Source: a virus
DNA length: 64,000 nucleotides
Virus record (IMG/VR): IMGVR_UViG_3300047378_000694
Span: 106,116-170,115 of that record
Direction: 5' to 3' (one strand)
Shown piece by piece: positions 50,271 through 58,122 of this stretch; position 1 is the first letter of the stretch, and every line of letters begins with the position of its first letter. Made by a program: the position numbers and the translations under genes. Under the pieces are notes generated by a model that saw nothing but the letters and a program-made list of their open reading frames with translations, did not search any database and was not told where the DNA came from.

Positions 50271-52045
50271 TAAAAATTAAAGACTTAACAGTAAAGAACT
50301 TCATGAGTGTGGGTAATGTTACCCAAGCAGTTGACTTTGACGAAGAGCAACTAACCCTTGTGTTAGGCGAGAACTTGGATCAAGGCGGTGACGATACTGG
50401 ATCACGCAATGGCACTGGTAAAACCACTATCATTAATGCACTATCCTATGCATTATATGGACAGGCTCTTACAAATATCAAACGCAACAACCTTATTAAC
50501 AAAACTAACTCAAAAGGTATGCTTGTTACTCTTAACTTTGAGAAAGCTGGAAATCAATATCGTATTGAACGTGGTAGATCGCCAAACATACTCAAGTTTT
50601 ATGTCAACGAAAACGAACAAATTGATGAATTAGCTGATAACAGCCAAGGCGATAGTCGTAAAACACAGGAATCAATTAAAGACCTGCTAGACATGAGTCA
50701 CGATATGTTTAAACATATTGTTGCGCTCAATACCTACACCGAACCTTTCCTTAGTATGCGGACAAATGACCAAAGAGCTATTATTGAACAGCTTCTTGGT
50801 ATTACGATACTAAGTGAAAAGGCATCATTACTCAAAGACTCGGTCAGACTTACTAAAGATACCATTACCGAAGAAACTTTAAAGATTGAAGCTATACAAA
50901 AAGCAAACGAAGGTATCCAAAGTACTATTACTAACCTTGAAAAAACACAAAGAGCCTGGAAAGCCAAGCAACGTACCGATATTGACAAGCTAACAAGTGC
51001 AATTGAACAACTTGAAAAGTTAGATATCGATAAAGAATTAGATTCACACGACAAATTAGCAAACTGGACCAAGCATAACAATGCTATTTCGTCACTAAAG
51101 AAAGAATTAGCTACATTAGAACCTGCATTGGTACGTGCTGATAAGAGTGTTAGCAAATTAAACAAGGATATTGTTGAATTAAAGGATGCAACGTGCTATA
51201 CTTGCGGACAAGAGCTTCATGCAGACAAAAAAGCTGAAATTGAGTCAAAGAAAGCAAAAGAACTTGAAGATGCAATAGCGTATCAAAAAGAAATTACTCG
51301 AAAAGTAACAGATGTTACTGTTGAACTAGATACAATTGGTGATATTAACGGTAAGCCTACTACATTCTACGAAGCTGCTAAAGAAGCATACGAACATAGA
51401 AACAACGTAGATAACTTAAAGCAAACACTGCTAAGTAAAGAGCAAGAGGCAGACCCATATCAGGCACAAATTAACGATTTAACAAACACAGCACTACAAG
51501 ATATCAACTGGTCAACAGTTAACGAACTTACTAATGTAAAAGAACACCAAGACTTCTTGCTAAAGCTATTAACCAACAAAGATAGCTTCATTAGAAAGAA
51601 AATTATTGATCAGAACCTAGCATATCTTAACAATAGGCTAACATATTACTTAGATAAACTTGGTTTACCACATCAAGTGGTATTCTTAAACGACTTAGCA
51701 GTTGAAATTACACAGCTAGGACAAGATCTTGACTTTGATAACCTGTCACGTGGCGAACGTAATAGGTTAATTCTTGGTCTTTCGTTTGCATTCCGTGATG
51801 TTTGGGAGAGTTTGTATCAAAGTATTAACTTACTGTTCATTGATGAGCTTATTGATAGCGGAATGGACACAGCAGGCGTAGAAAACAGTATAGGCGTACT
51901 TAAAAAGATGACTAGAGAGCGTAATAAGAATATTTTCCTTATCTCACATAAGGATGAACTAGTTGGCAGGGTCAACAATGTTCTAAGAGTGGTAAAGGAA
52001 AATGGGTTCACTAGTTATGCAACAGACATTGACATTGTAGAATGA
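50267..52045 (+). CDS. gp46: Recombination ATPase subunit (Rad50/SbcC-like)
   Basis: KNFMSVGN, Walker A NGTGKTT, CYTC zinc hook, LSRGE signature, LFIDE Walker B, ISH. Confidence 0.93.
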   Translation: MIKIKDLTVKNFMSVGNVTQAVDFDEEQLTLVLGENLDQGGDDTGSRNGTGKTTIINALSYALYGQALTNIKRNNLINKTNSKGMLVTLNFEKAGNQYRIERGRSPNILKFYVNENEQIDELADNSQGDSRKTQESIKDLLDMSHDMFKHIVALNTYTEPFLSMRTNDQRAIIEQLLGITILSEKASLLKDSVRLTKDTITEETLKIEAIQKANEGIQSTITNLEKTQRAWKAKQRTDIDKLTSAIEQLEKLDIDKELDSHDKLANWTKHNNAISSLKKELATLEPALVRADKSVSKLNKDIVELKDATCYTCGQELHADKKAEIESKKAKELEDAIAYQKEITRKVTDVTVELDTIGDINGKPTTFYEAAKEAYEHRNNVDNLKQTLLSKEQEADPYQAQINDLTNTALQDINWSTVNELTNVKEHQDFLLKLLTNKDSFIRKKIIDQNLAYLNNRLTYYLDKLGLPHQVVFLNDLAVEITQLGQDLDFDNLSRGERNRLILGLSFAFRDVWESLYQSINLLFIDELIDSGMDTAGVENSIGVLKKMTRERNKNIFLISHKDELVGRVNNVLRVVKENGFTSYATDIDIVE

Positions 52046-52287
52046 GCGAATTAGACACACATGACAAAATAGTGTTAGCAGTACTTGAATATTTTGAACT
52101 AAACGAAATATTCAACCACAGGCCTGCAGAACTAAAGCGTAGGAAGGTACGTAAAAAGCTATCTGCACTACGTGATTTATGTACTGTAAGACGAGAAGAA
52201 ATACTACAAGAGCATGTTAGGCATGTAAAAGACGGCAGAGCAAAAAATAATCCAAAAAAGGCACGTGAGGCACTGAAGAAGAAGTAA
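52042..52287 (+). CDS. Small basic hypothetical protein (possible nucleic-acid binding)
   Basis: 81 aa, K/R-rich, ATGA-coupled to gp46. Confidence 0.6.
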   Translation: MSELDTHDKIVLAVLEYFELNEIFNHRPAELKRRKVRKKLSALRDLCTVRREEILQEHVRHVKDGRAKNNPKKAREALKKK

Positions 52288-52294
52288 CTACAGT

Positions 52295-52744
52295 ATGAAT
52301 TGGACATACAAAGGTGAAGAAATAACTGAAATACCAGATGAGTACGAAGGATTTGTTTATCTTATTACCAATTTAACTAACAATCAAAAATACATAGGCA
52401 AAAAACTAGCAAAGTTTAAAACTACCAAGCCACCACTTAAAGGCAAAAAGAATAAACGTAGAGGCTACAAAGAAAGTGACTGGAAAACCTATTGGGGATC
52501 CAGTGATAGGCTTAATGCAGACGTAGCCGCACTAGGCGAAGACAAGTTTACAAGAGAAATACTATACCTATGTAAAGGTAGGGGCGAAATGTCCTACATA
52601 GAGGCACGAGAGCAGTTTGACAGGCGAGTACTTGAAACAGATGATTACTACAACGGTATCATTAATGTTAGAGTGGGCGGATCAGACAAACTAAAACAGG
52701 CATTGCTAGAACATCACATACAGGCAAAACATTCCAACACATAA
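52295..52744 (+). CDS. Stand-alone GIY-YIG endonuclease domain protein
   Basis: GFVYLITN....KYIGKK, YWGSS, E in EAREQ, YYN; no C-terminal DNA-binding module. Confidence 0.8.
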   Translation: MNWTYKGEEITEIPDEYEGFVYLITNLTNNQKYIGKKLAKFKTTKPPLKGKKNKRRGYKESDWKTYWGSSDRLNADVAALGEDKFTREILYLCKGRGEMSYIEAREQFDRRVLETDDYYNGIINVRVGGSDKLKQALLEHHIQAKHSNT

Positions 52745-53210
52745 GGTTGGCGGGCCAGAATAAAAATACCGCTGTGGAAAAAGCTCTCGTATAGAAGCAC
52801 ACGTACATATTGATTGACACACCAGAGTGTGGAAGCCACCAAACAAATTGGGCTCACTAGTTGATATAGATTGCATGTTGGCAGTCAAAAAACACAAACA
52901 CAGTACATAAAAACTCTTTAGCAATAGGAACGAAGCAAGAGGTAGCGTAAGCGATGTCGACGTAGGTTGGGAAAGGTCAGAGCCCATTGTACTTTGTGTA
53001 TAAACAATTACCTACTTCCAAGTTCTCGGCTGGATAAGACTCACATGAAGTTTTTTTTGAGAAAGATGGGACCGTAACAGGTTCCGTCTGACTGAAACGA
53101 TCTACATGAAACTTAAACATATCACTTACGTGATATGCTATTATAAATATTATAAATAATAAAAATGTGTAGAGCGATAGCGATACACAGATGAACGTTA
53201 GTTCATCTTG
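52745..53210 (+). ncRNA. Putative structured non-coding element (ncRNA and/or replication origin)
   Basis: Only long intergenic region in the window; many hairpins, several with G-U pairs, and crossing long-range complementarities (see findings). Confidence 0.6.
53142..53158 (+). promoter_or_regulatory. Tandem T4 late promoters TATAAATA
   Basis: TATAAATA at 53142-49 and 53151-58. Confidence 0.6.
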
Positions 53211-53226
53211 ATAATTGAAAGTTATT

Positions 53227-53706
53227 ATGTCATCACCTTTGCTAAGAGCTCTTGTTAAAAAATCAAATGATCTACATAGTTGTTGGAAAACTGGAAACAG
53301 TGGACAGTGTCAAAAGTGTGAGCGTAATCAAGATAATAGTGATGGTTATCAGTTAACAGACTTTGACCATGAAGACTTAAAACTACTTGAAGAGATGATT
53401 GTAGATTATGAATATAATCAAATATCTCACCCAAAAAAAGTTACTGCTATCTACAACGGAGAATTTACACTTCCGGTTGGAGCAAAATCGTCTGATACAA
53501 CTCGACAACCAAGAATTGTTTGGGTGCTAGATCGAACTATTGGTAATGCAATTATATCTGGCAAAGTTATACAGGCAGCAAACACTTTAGGATGGGCAAG
53601 CACTTGTGAATCAAAAGATGATAAAATATTAATTGGTCTTGGATTTCGCGATAGAGGCGGTTCAGAAGCCTATGACGAAGCATTTGTCAAACAGATATAC
53701 AAGTAA
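53227..53706 (+). CDS. Hypothetical protein (start 53227 ATG or 53215 TTG)
   Basis: ORF with N-terminal H.C......C..C; no family recognised. Confidence 0.5.
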   Translation: MSSPLLRALVKKSNDLHSCWKTGNSGQCQKCERNQDNSDGYQLTDFDHEDLKLLEEMIVDYEYNQISHPKKVTAIYNGEFTLPVGAKSSDTTRQPRIVWVLDRTIGNAIISGKVIQAANTLGWASTCESKDDKILIGLGFRDRGGSEAYDEAFVKQIYK

Positions 53707-53745
53707 TTGTATAAATAATAGTAACACAAACAAGGATGTACTACG

Positions 53746-54372
53746 ATGAACGTATTTCAAATTATTGCTGAAGATCAAGAACTAGATGAAGTGATTCCAT
53801 TTACTAAAAAAGCTAAGATGATGAAAAAAGCTGGTAAAGCAGCCAAAGGTGCTACCAAAGACGAAGCACGTCAGCTAGAAGTTGAACTACTTACATATTT
53901 AAAAACATCTGGACAGACAGCAACAGCTGATGCTGTTTTGAAATACTTTGATCAAAAAGGTTATGGCAATGTTGCAGCGCCAATTATTGCTAATCTAAAA
54001 ACCAAAGGAAATAAAAAAGCTGATCGTCAAACAGCAAAAGCTGACAAGCGTCAAGCCAAAGCAGATGCTAAAGCAGCAGCACAAGCCGATGCAGAAAAGG
54101 CAGCAGGTTTAGAAAAACAACGTCAAGGTATGGCAGCAATGTCAAGTATGTACAGTGAAGCAGAAGGCCAAGATGTATTAACTAAACGTGAAGTGCGTGG
54201 TATTATCAAACAGGTTGTACAAAAAGGTTATGGCGGAGCAGCAGGATTTGGTAAAGGAAAGTTTGCAGCACCTGATCCAAAATTTAAGTCAGCAAATGCT
54301 AAAATTGATCCAGCAATCCAAAAAGCTTCTGACATGTTGAAAAAAGCAGGATACACAGTAACTAAAACTTAA
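53746..54372 (+). CDS. K/A-rich late protein, probable internal head protein
   Basis: TATAAATA at 53710-17 and AAGGA SD; acidic N-terminal leader ending ELDE (gp21-type cleavage site), then basic body. Confidence 0.55.
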   Translation: MNVFQIIAEDQELDEVIPFTKKAKMMKKAGKAAKGATKDEARQLEVELLTYLKTSGQTATADAVLKYFDQKGYGNVAAPIIANLKTKGNKKADRQTAKADKRQAKADAKAAAQADAEKAAGLEKQRQGMAAMSSMYSEAEGQDVLTKREVRGIIKQVVQKGYGGAAGFGKGKFAAPDPKFKSANAKIDPAIQKASDMLKKAGYTVTKT

Positions 54373-54599
54373 AAGTAAGGCTGTCCAGTTTTTTGAGCAG
54401 TCTCTAGATTTTCTGTGGCTAGTTTAGATATAACTTCTTTATCATCTGGCGAAAGCATATATGCATCATCATAAGATAGAGATCCTCGCATGTGCCAGCA
54501 TATTTTTGCCATATCGTATCTAATTTGTTTTACTTCGTCTTCAAGGACCTTAACTTCTTTAAGAATGTCTTCAACTGAAAGTGCTAAGATCCTGATGCG
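54369..54599 (-). CDS. -1 frame extension of the gp26-like gene (gpT/gp51-like chaperone segment), absent from the ORF track
   Basis: Open 77-codon frame RIRILALSVEDILKEVK...CWHMRGSLSYDDAYML...TGQPYF* that starts at the T TTT TTC slippery site. Confidence 0.7.
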   Translation of the reverse strand, partial: RIRILALSVEDILKEVKVLEDEVKQIRYDMAKICWHMRGSLSYDDAYMLSPDDKEVISKLATENLETAQKTGQPYF

Positions 54600-55447
54600 A
54601 AAAAATTTGAAGCATCAAAGTTGATTGGTATTTCCATAGTATCTGGAGCACCGTCAGCTCTGTCCTCTTCGCTAGTTACAATTTTTCTTGGCTTAACTGT
54701 AAACTTTTTTCTTTGTTCATCAACATGATCGAGAATTGATTTGTAAACATCAACTGGAGCATTTTCTAAAAAGTCAGCTAAGTGTCTTGTGTCGGTAACA
54801 GTATTTCCGTCAACTGTAATTGACTTTACACTATTAAACACATTAGCAATATTAATATCAGTTAAACGCTGAAATGTTTCGTTGAACTTTTGAATCTTTT
54901 CACCTTCGCTCATGTCGTCGTCGTTAACAATTTTAAGAATACGCTGTTCCTCAAATGTTTTAAGAGCAACATCGGTAAACTGTTTGTACGTCATTGGAGC
55001 AGTTTCGATTGTAAATTCGTTATGTGTAAAACTAGTTTGATATTCGTTAACAACTAATTCGTCTAAGATTTCAACTAGATTTGCTTCAAATGCACGTTCG
55101 TTTTCAGTACCCGGAATAGTAAACTCTAACGATAGTGACTCTCCGTATGTAGCAATACGTATTGCCGTTAACAATGCATCGAGATCAATATTTGGAACTA
55201 ACCAAGCGTTTTTAATACCAGGACAGCAATTTTGAATTACACTTACTGTACTTTGTCCATTTAACAAAGCATCTGGTGTTTTAATCATAATTTCATCTTT
55301 AGCTGTCATAGCATACACTGCAACTTTACCATCTTCGGTTAATTCAATTGTACCTTGCGGATAGAACAAACCTTTGCTAGGTAGGTCGATATATAGTTTA
55401 GGCTGACGAAAATGTTTCATCAGTGGATTTGGTTTAATCTCAGTCAT
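54584..55447 (-). CDS. gp26: Baseplate hub assembly / tape-measure chaperone, gp26-like
   Basis: NPL..HFRQPKLYI.LPSKG.FY, MTAKDEI..KTPDALLNG, DLD..L.AIRIATYGE, C-terminal FD.SNFF. Confidence 0.75.
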   Translation of the reverse strand: MTEIKPNPLMKHFRQPKLYIDLPSKGLFYPQGTIELTEDGKVAVYAMTAKDEIMIKTPDALLNGQSTVSVIQNCCPGIKNAWLVPNIDLDALLTAIRIATYGESLSLEFTIPGTENERAFEANLVEILDELVVNEYQTSFTHNEFTIETAPMTYKQFTDVALKTFEEQRILKIVNDDDMSEGEKIQKFNETFQRLTDINIANVFNSVKSITVDGNTVTDTRHLADFLENAPVDVYKSILDHVDEQRKKFTVKPRKIVTSEEDRADGAPDTMEIPINFDASNFFASGS

Positions 55448-55521
55448 AATTTCTCCGGATAAATACTTTGTTAAGTATATATCTATGTATTTAAGTGCGC
55501 AGTTAATTTAGGAACACAGTC

Positions 55522-58122
55522 GTGGCAGAAACAGAAATTTTAAATGTAGGCGGTCCTCAGGGCGTTGCTAGTGAAGCAACCCTACTAAAACTTATTGATT
55601 TAACACGCCAGCAACAGCGTGGCCAAGGATCGGCTGCCCAAGCTGAAGCAAAACTAAGGCAAACACACAATGCTGCAATCAAAAAAGGTTCAGATAATGT
55701 TGGTGTACTTGGCAAAGCAGCACAAGCCGGCGCAAAGGCATTTGATACATACACAAAGGTTTTAAAAGACGGTGTTGGCGGAGTAAGTGACTTCACTGAC
55801 TCAATGAAGTTTTTACCTAGCACAATGAAATCTCTAATACGTTTTGCAGATGCAAGCACACATCAGTTTAGAGAACTTAGTCAAGTTGGTGCAGGATTTG
55901 GTAATAGTATTTTTGAAATGAACAAAGTAGCTGCAACCAGCGGAATGGCAATGACAGATTTTTACGAAACTGTAAACGCAAATTCTACTACAATGCGTTT
56001 TTTAAGTGGCAGTGTACAAGAAGGTGCTAAACGTTTTGCAGAAGTGTCGCATGGATTGCGTTCAAGCGATTTAGGTGAAACACTTTTTAATATGGGTTTC
56101 TCAATTGGAGAAATAAACGAAGGGTTCCTAACCTATACAAATAATATGCAACGCCAGGGTATGCTGCAAGGCATGTCCAATCGAGAACTAATTGAAGGTA
56201 GTGCAGATTATCTAAAACAAATTGATTTGTTAGCAAAAGCAACCGGCGCAAGTAGAAAAGAATTTTTAAATCAAACTGAAGCACTACAAGAAAGTTCTCA
56301 GTTTCAGTCATTACTAGCAAGAGCCGGAGAAGGTGCTGACGATTTAACTAATAACCTTGCGTTTGCTGCACAAACTCTAGGCGGACAGTTTACAGACGAT
56401 TTAGTTCAAATTTCAAGTGGCACAGGCGGACTAACTGATCTAGGTATAGCACTACAACAAGTAAATGGCGGCAAGGCGTTTACAGATCTTATGAAAAATG
56501 CTGAGAACATGGATCCAAATGAGTTTATGAGACAATTTAGTGCTCTTGCTCCTGATATTAGAGACAGTATCAAAAGCCAGTTTAGCCCAGCCGAAATGAG
56601 ATTATTACAAGGTACACCTCTAGGTGCATTGTTTGATACACTCGGAGGGTTTTCAAGAGCCGCAGGAATTAATGTTGATAAAATAATCGAAGAACAAGAA
56701 CAACGAGATGCAGTTACCTCTGCGTTTGCAGGGTTCCAACAAGCTGTTGCTGATCTATCAAAGTTTATAACAGATAACTTTCTAAAAAGTGAAACATTTA
56801 AAAGTTTAAAAGAACTAGGTACTAGTTTGTCAGCTTCGTTTGCTACGTTGTTTGGTCCTGTTTCGCAAGACGGATCATTTAAAAATGCATCAGACGGCAT
56901 TTCAAAATTTGTAACAATGGTTGACACTTTTGTAAAAGAAAATTTAATCGATCCAATAACAGCAGAAGTTAACAAATTTACTACTCATATGAAAAACGAT
57001 GGCGATGCAGGAACATATTTTAAAGATAAATTAACAGCAGCTGGTAATAAGATTTTAGATTTTTTCTTAGGTGCAGTTGGTGAAAATGAATTTGGCGAAG
57101 CAGGTAGAGGACAACGCGAAGGCGGACTGTTTTCAAAAGTTGGAGATGCACTTTCAAGCGTATTTGAAAATGAAGGATTTAGAGCAAGAATAAAAGGAAT
57201 GTTTAGCGATGTTGCATTGTTAGCATCAGATTCAATTGCAGGTTGGTTTGACTCTGAAGCAGCAAAAGCCTCACTTGGAGAACTTAAAAACGGTATACTA
57301 AAAGCAATGGGCTTTAAAACCGAAGAAGGGTCAAAAACAGTTTTTGAACAATTAAAAGATAGAGTATTAGGCGAGGCAGCCTCGCCTAGTGATAGTTTAA
57401 TGAAACGAATAGAAACAAAAATATTTGGAGTAAGAGACGAATCGCAAGGAGAAATGTCAGTAATGGGTCGTGTAATTGATGAACTAATAACTGGTATTAC
57501 AAATGCGTTTGCTTCGGAATCGTTTAAAACTAAAATGGACGAAATTGTAGATACACTAAAACCTGTAATAGATTCTTCTATAAGAAAGTTACTAGAAGCA
57601 TTAAACAGCACATTTCTTGGATACTTTATTCCAAATTCATCATTTGCAGGTGCCGAAGAACAACAATCAGGACTAGCAGATCAACTAAGAGTATTGGCAG
57701 AAACACCCGGCTTGGGTTACTCTGCGCCACGCAATCAAGGCGAAACTGATCGTCAGTATATAGCACGAATAATAGAAAGTGGCGACTTAATGGGTGCATA
57801 TGCTGAGAGTGGTAGAAATATATTAGGACAACTTGGTAATCTTGAAGCTAATAATCCAAACTTAGTTCCTATAAGACATGTTGGTACATTGCGAGCTACT
57901 GGAAAAACTACAGAACCTGAAGGTGGTTTAATGAATATTAGTCAAGGTGAGCGTGTACTCAACCCATCAGAAGCAGCAGCATACAACAGTCAATCTGACC
58001 TTGGAGGTGCTATCAATAGACTAAATACTACTACCGCACAATTAGTAACACTAATGAAACAGAATAACAGAATCACCAGCGGTATCAGTAATGACTTCTT
58101 GAAAGGATCGTTAACAGTATGA
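55522..58122 (+). CDS. Tail tape-measure protein
   Basis: 866 aa, helical A/G/L/F-rich; ASEATL N-terminus; C-terminal GERVLNP; next to the chaperone gene. Confidence 0.7.
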   Translation: MAETEILNVGGPQGVASEATLLKLIDLTRQQQRGQGSAAQAEAKLRQTHNAAIKKGSDNVGVLGKAAQAGAKAFDTYTKVLKDGVGGVSDFTDSMKFLPSTMKSLIRFADASTHQFRELSQVGAGFGNSIFEMNKVAATSGMAMTDFYETVNANSTTMRFLSGSVQEGAKRFAEVSHGLRSSDLGETLFNMGFSIGEINEGFLTYTNNMQRQGMLQGMSNRELIEGSADYLKQIDLLAKATGASRKEFLNQTEALQESSQFQSLLARAGEGADDLTNNLAFAAQTLGGQFTDDLVQISSGTGGLTDLGIALQQVNGGKAFTDLMKNAENMDPNEFMRQFSALAPDIRDSIKSQFSPAEMRLLQGTPLGALFDTLGGFSRAAGINVDKIIEEQEQRDAVTSAFAGFQQAVADLSKFITDNFLKSETFKSLKELGTSLSASFATLFGPVSQDGSFKNASDGISKFVTMVDTFVKENLIDPITAEVNKFTTHMKNDGDAGTYFKDKLTAAGNKILDFFLGAVGENEFGEAGRGQREGGLFSKVGDALSSVFENEGFRARIKGMFSDVALLASDSIAGWFDSEAAKASLGELKNGILKAMGFKTEEGSKTVFEQLKDRVLGEAASPSDSLMKRIETKIFGVRDESQGEMSVMGRVIDELITGITNAFASESFKTKMDEIVDTLKPVIDSSIRKLLEALNSTFLGYFIPNSSFAGAEEQQSGLADQLRVLAETPGLGYSAPRNQGETDRQYIARIIESGDLMGAYAESGRNILGQLGNLEANNPNLVPIRHVGTLRATGKTTEPEGGLMNISQGERVLNPSEAAAYNSQSDLGGAINRLNTTTAQLVTLMKQNNRITSGISNDFLKGSLTV

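Noticed and set aside
52706-52987. 93-aa minus-strand ORF over the structured element
   Set aside because: No SD or recognisable motifs, and it overlaps the GIY-YIG gene in antisense; the base-pairing pattern explains the region better
52745-53110. Group I/II intron, tmRNA or RNase P identity for the structured element
   Set aside because: No interrupted gene flanks it, and I could not find P7/R-S, domain V, tRNA-like ends or the GAGGAAAGUCC motif by eye; needs Infernal to be conclusive
55557-57611. Several 77-208-aa minus-strand ORFs inside the tape-measure gene, and similar nested ORFs in the structural genes
   Set aside because: Antisense shadows caused by codon bias; no independent initiation signals
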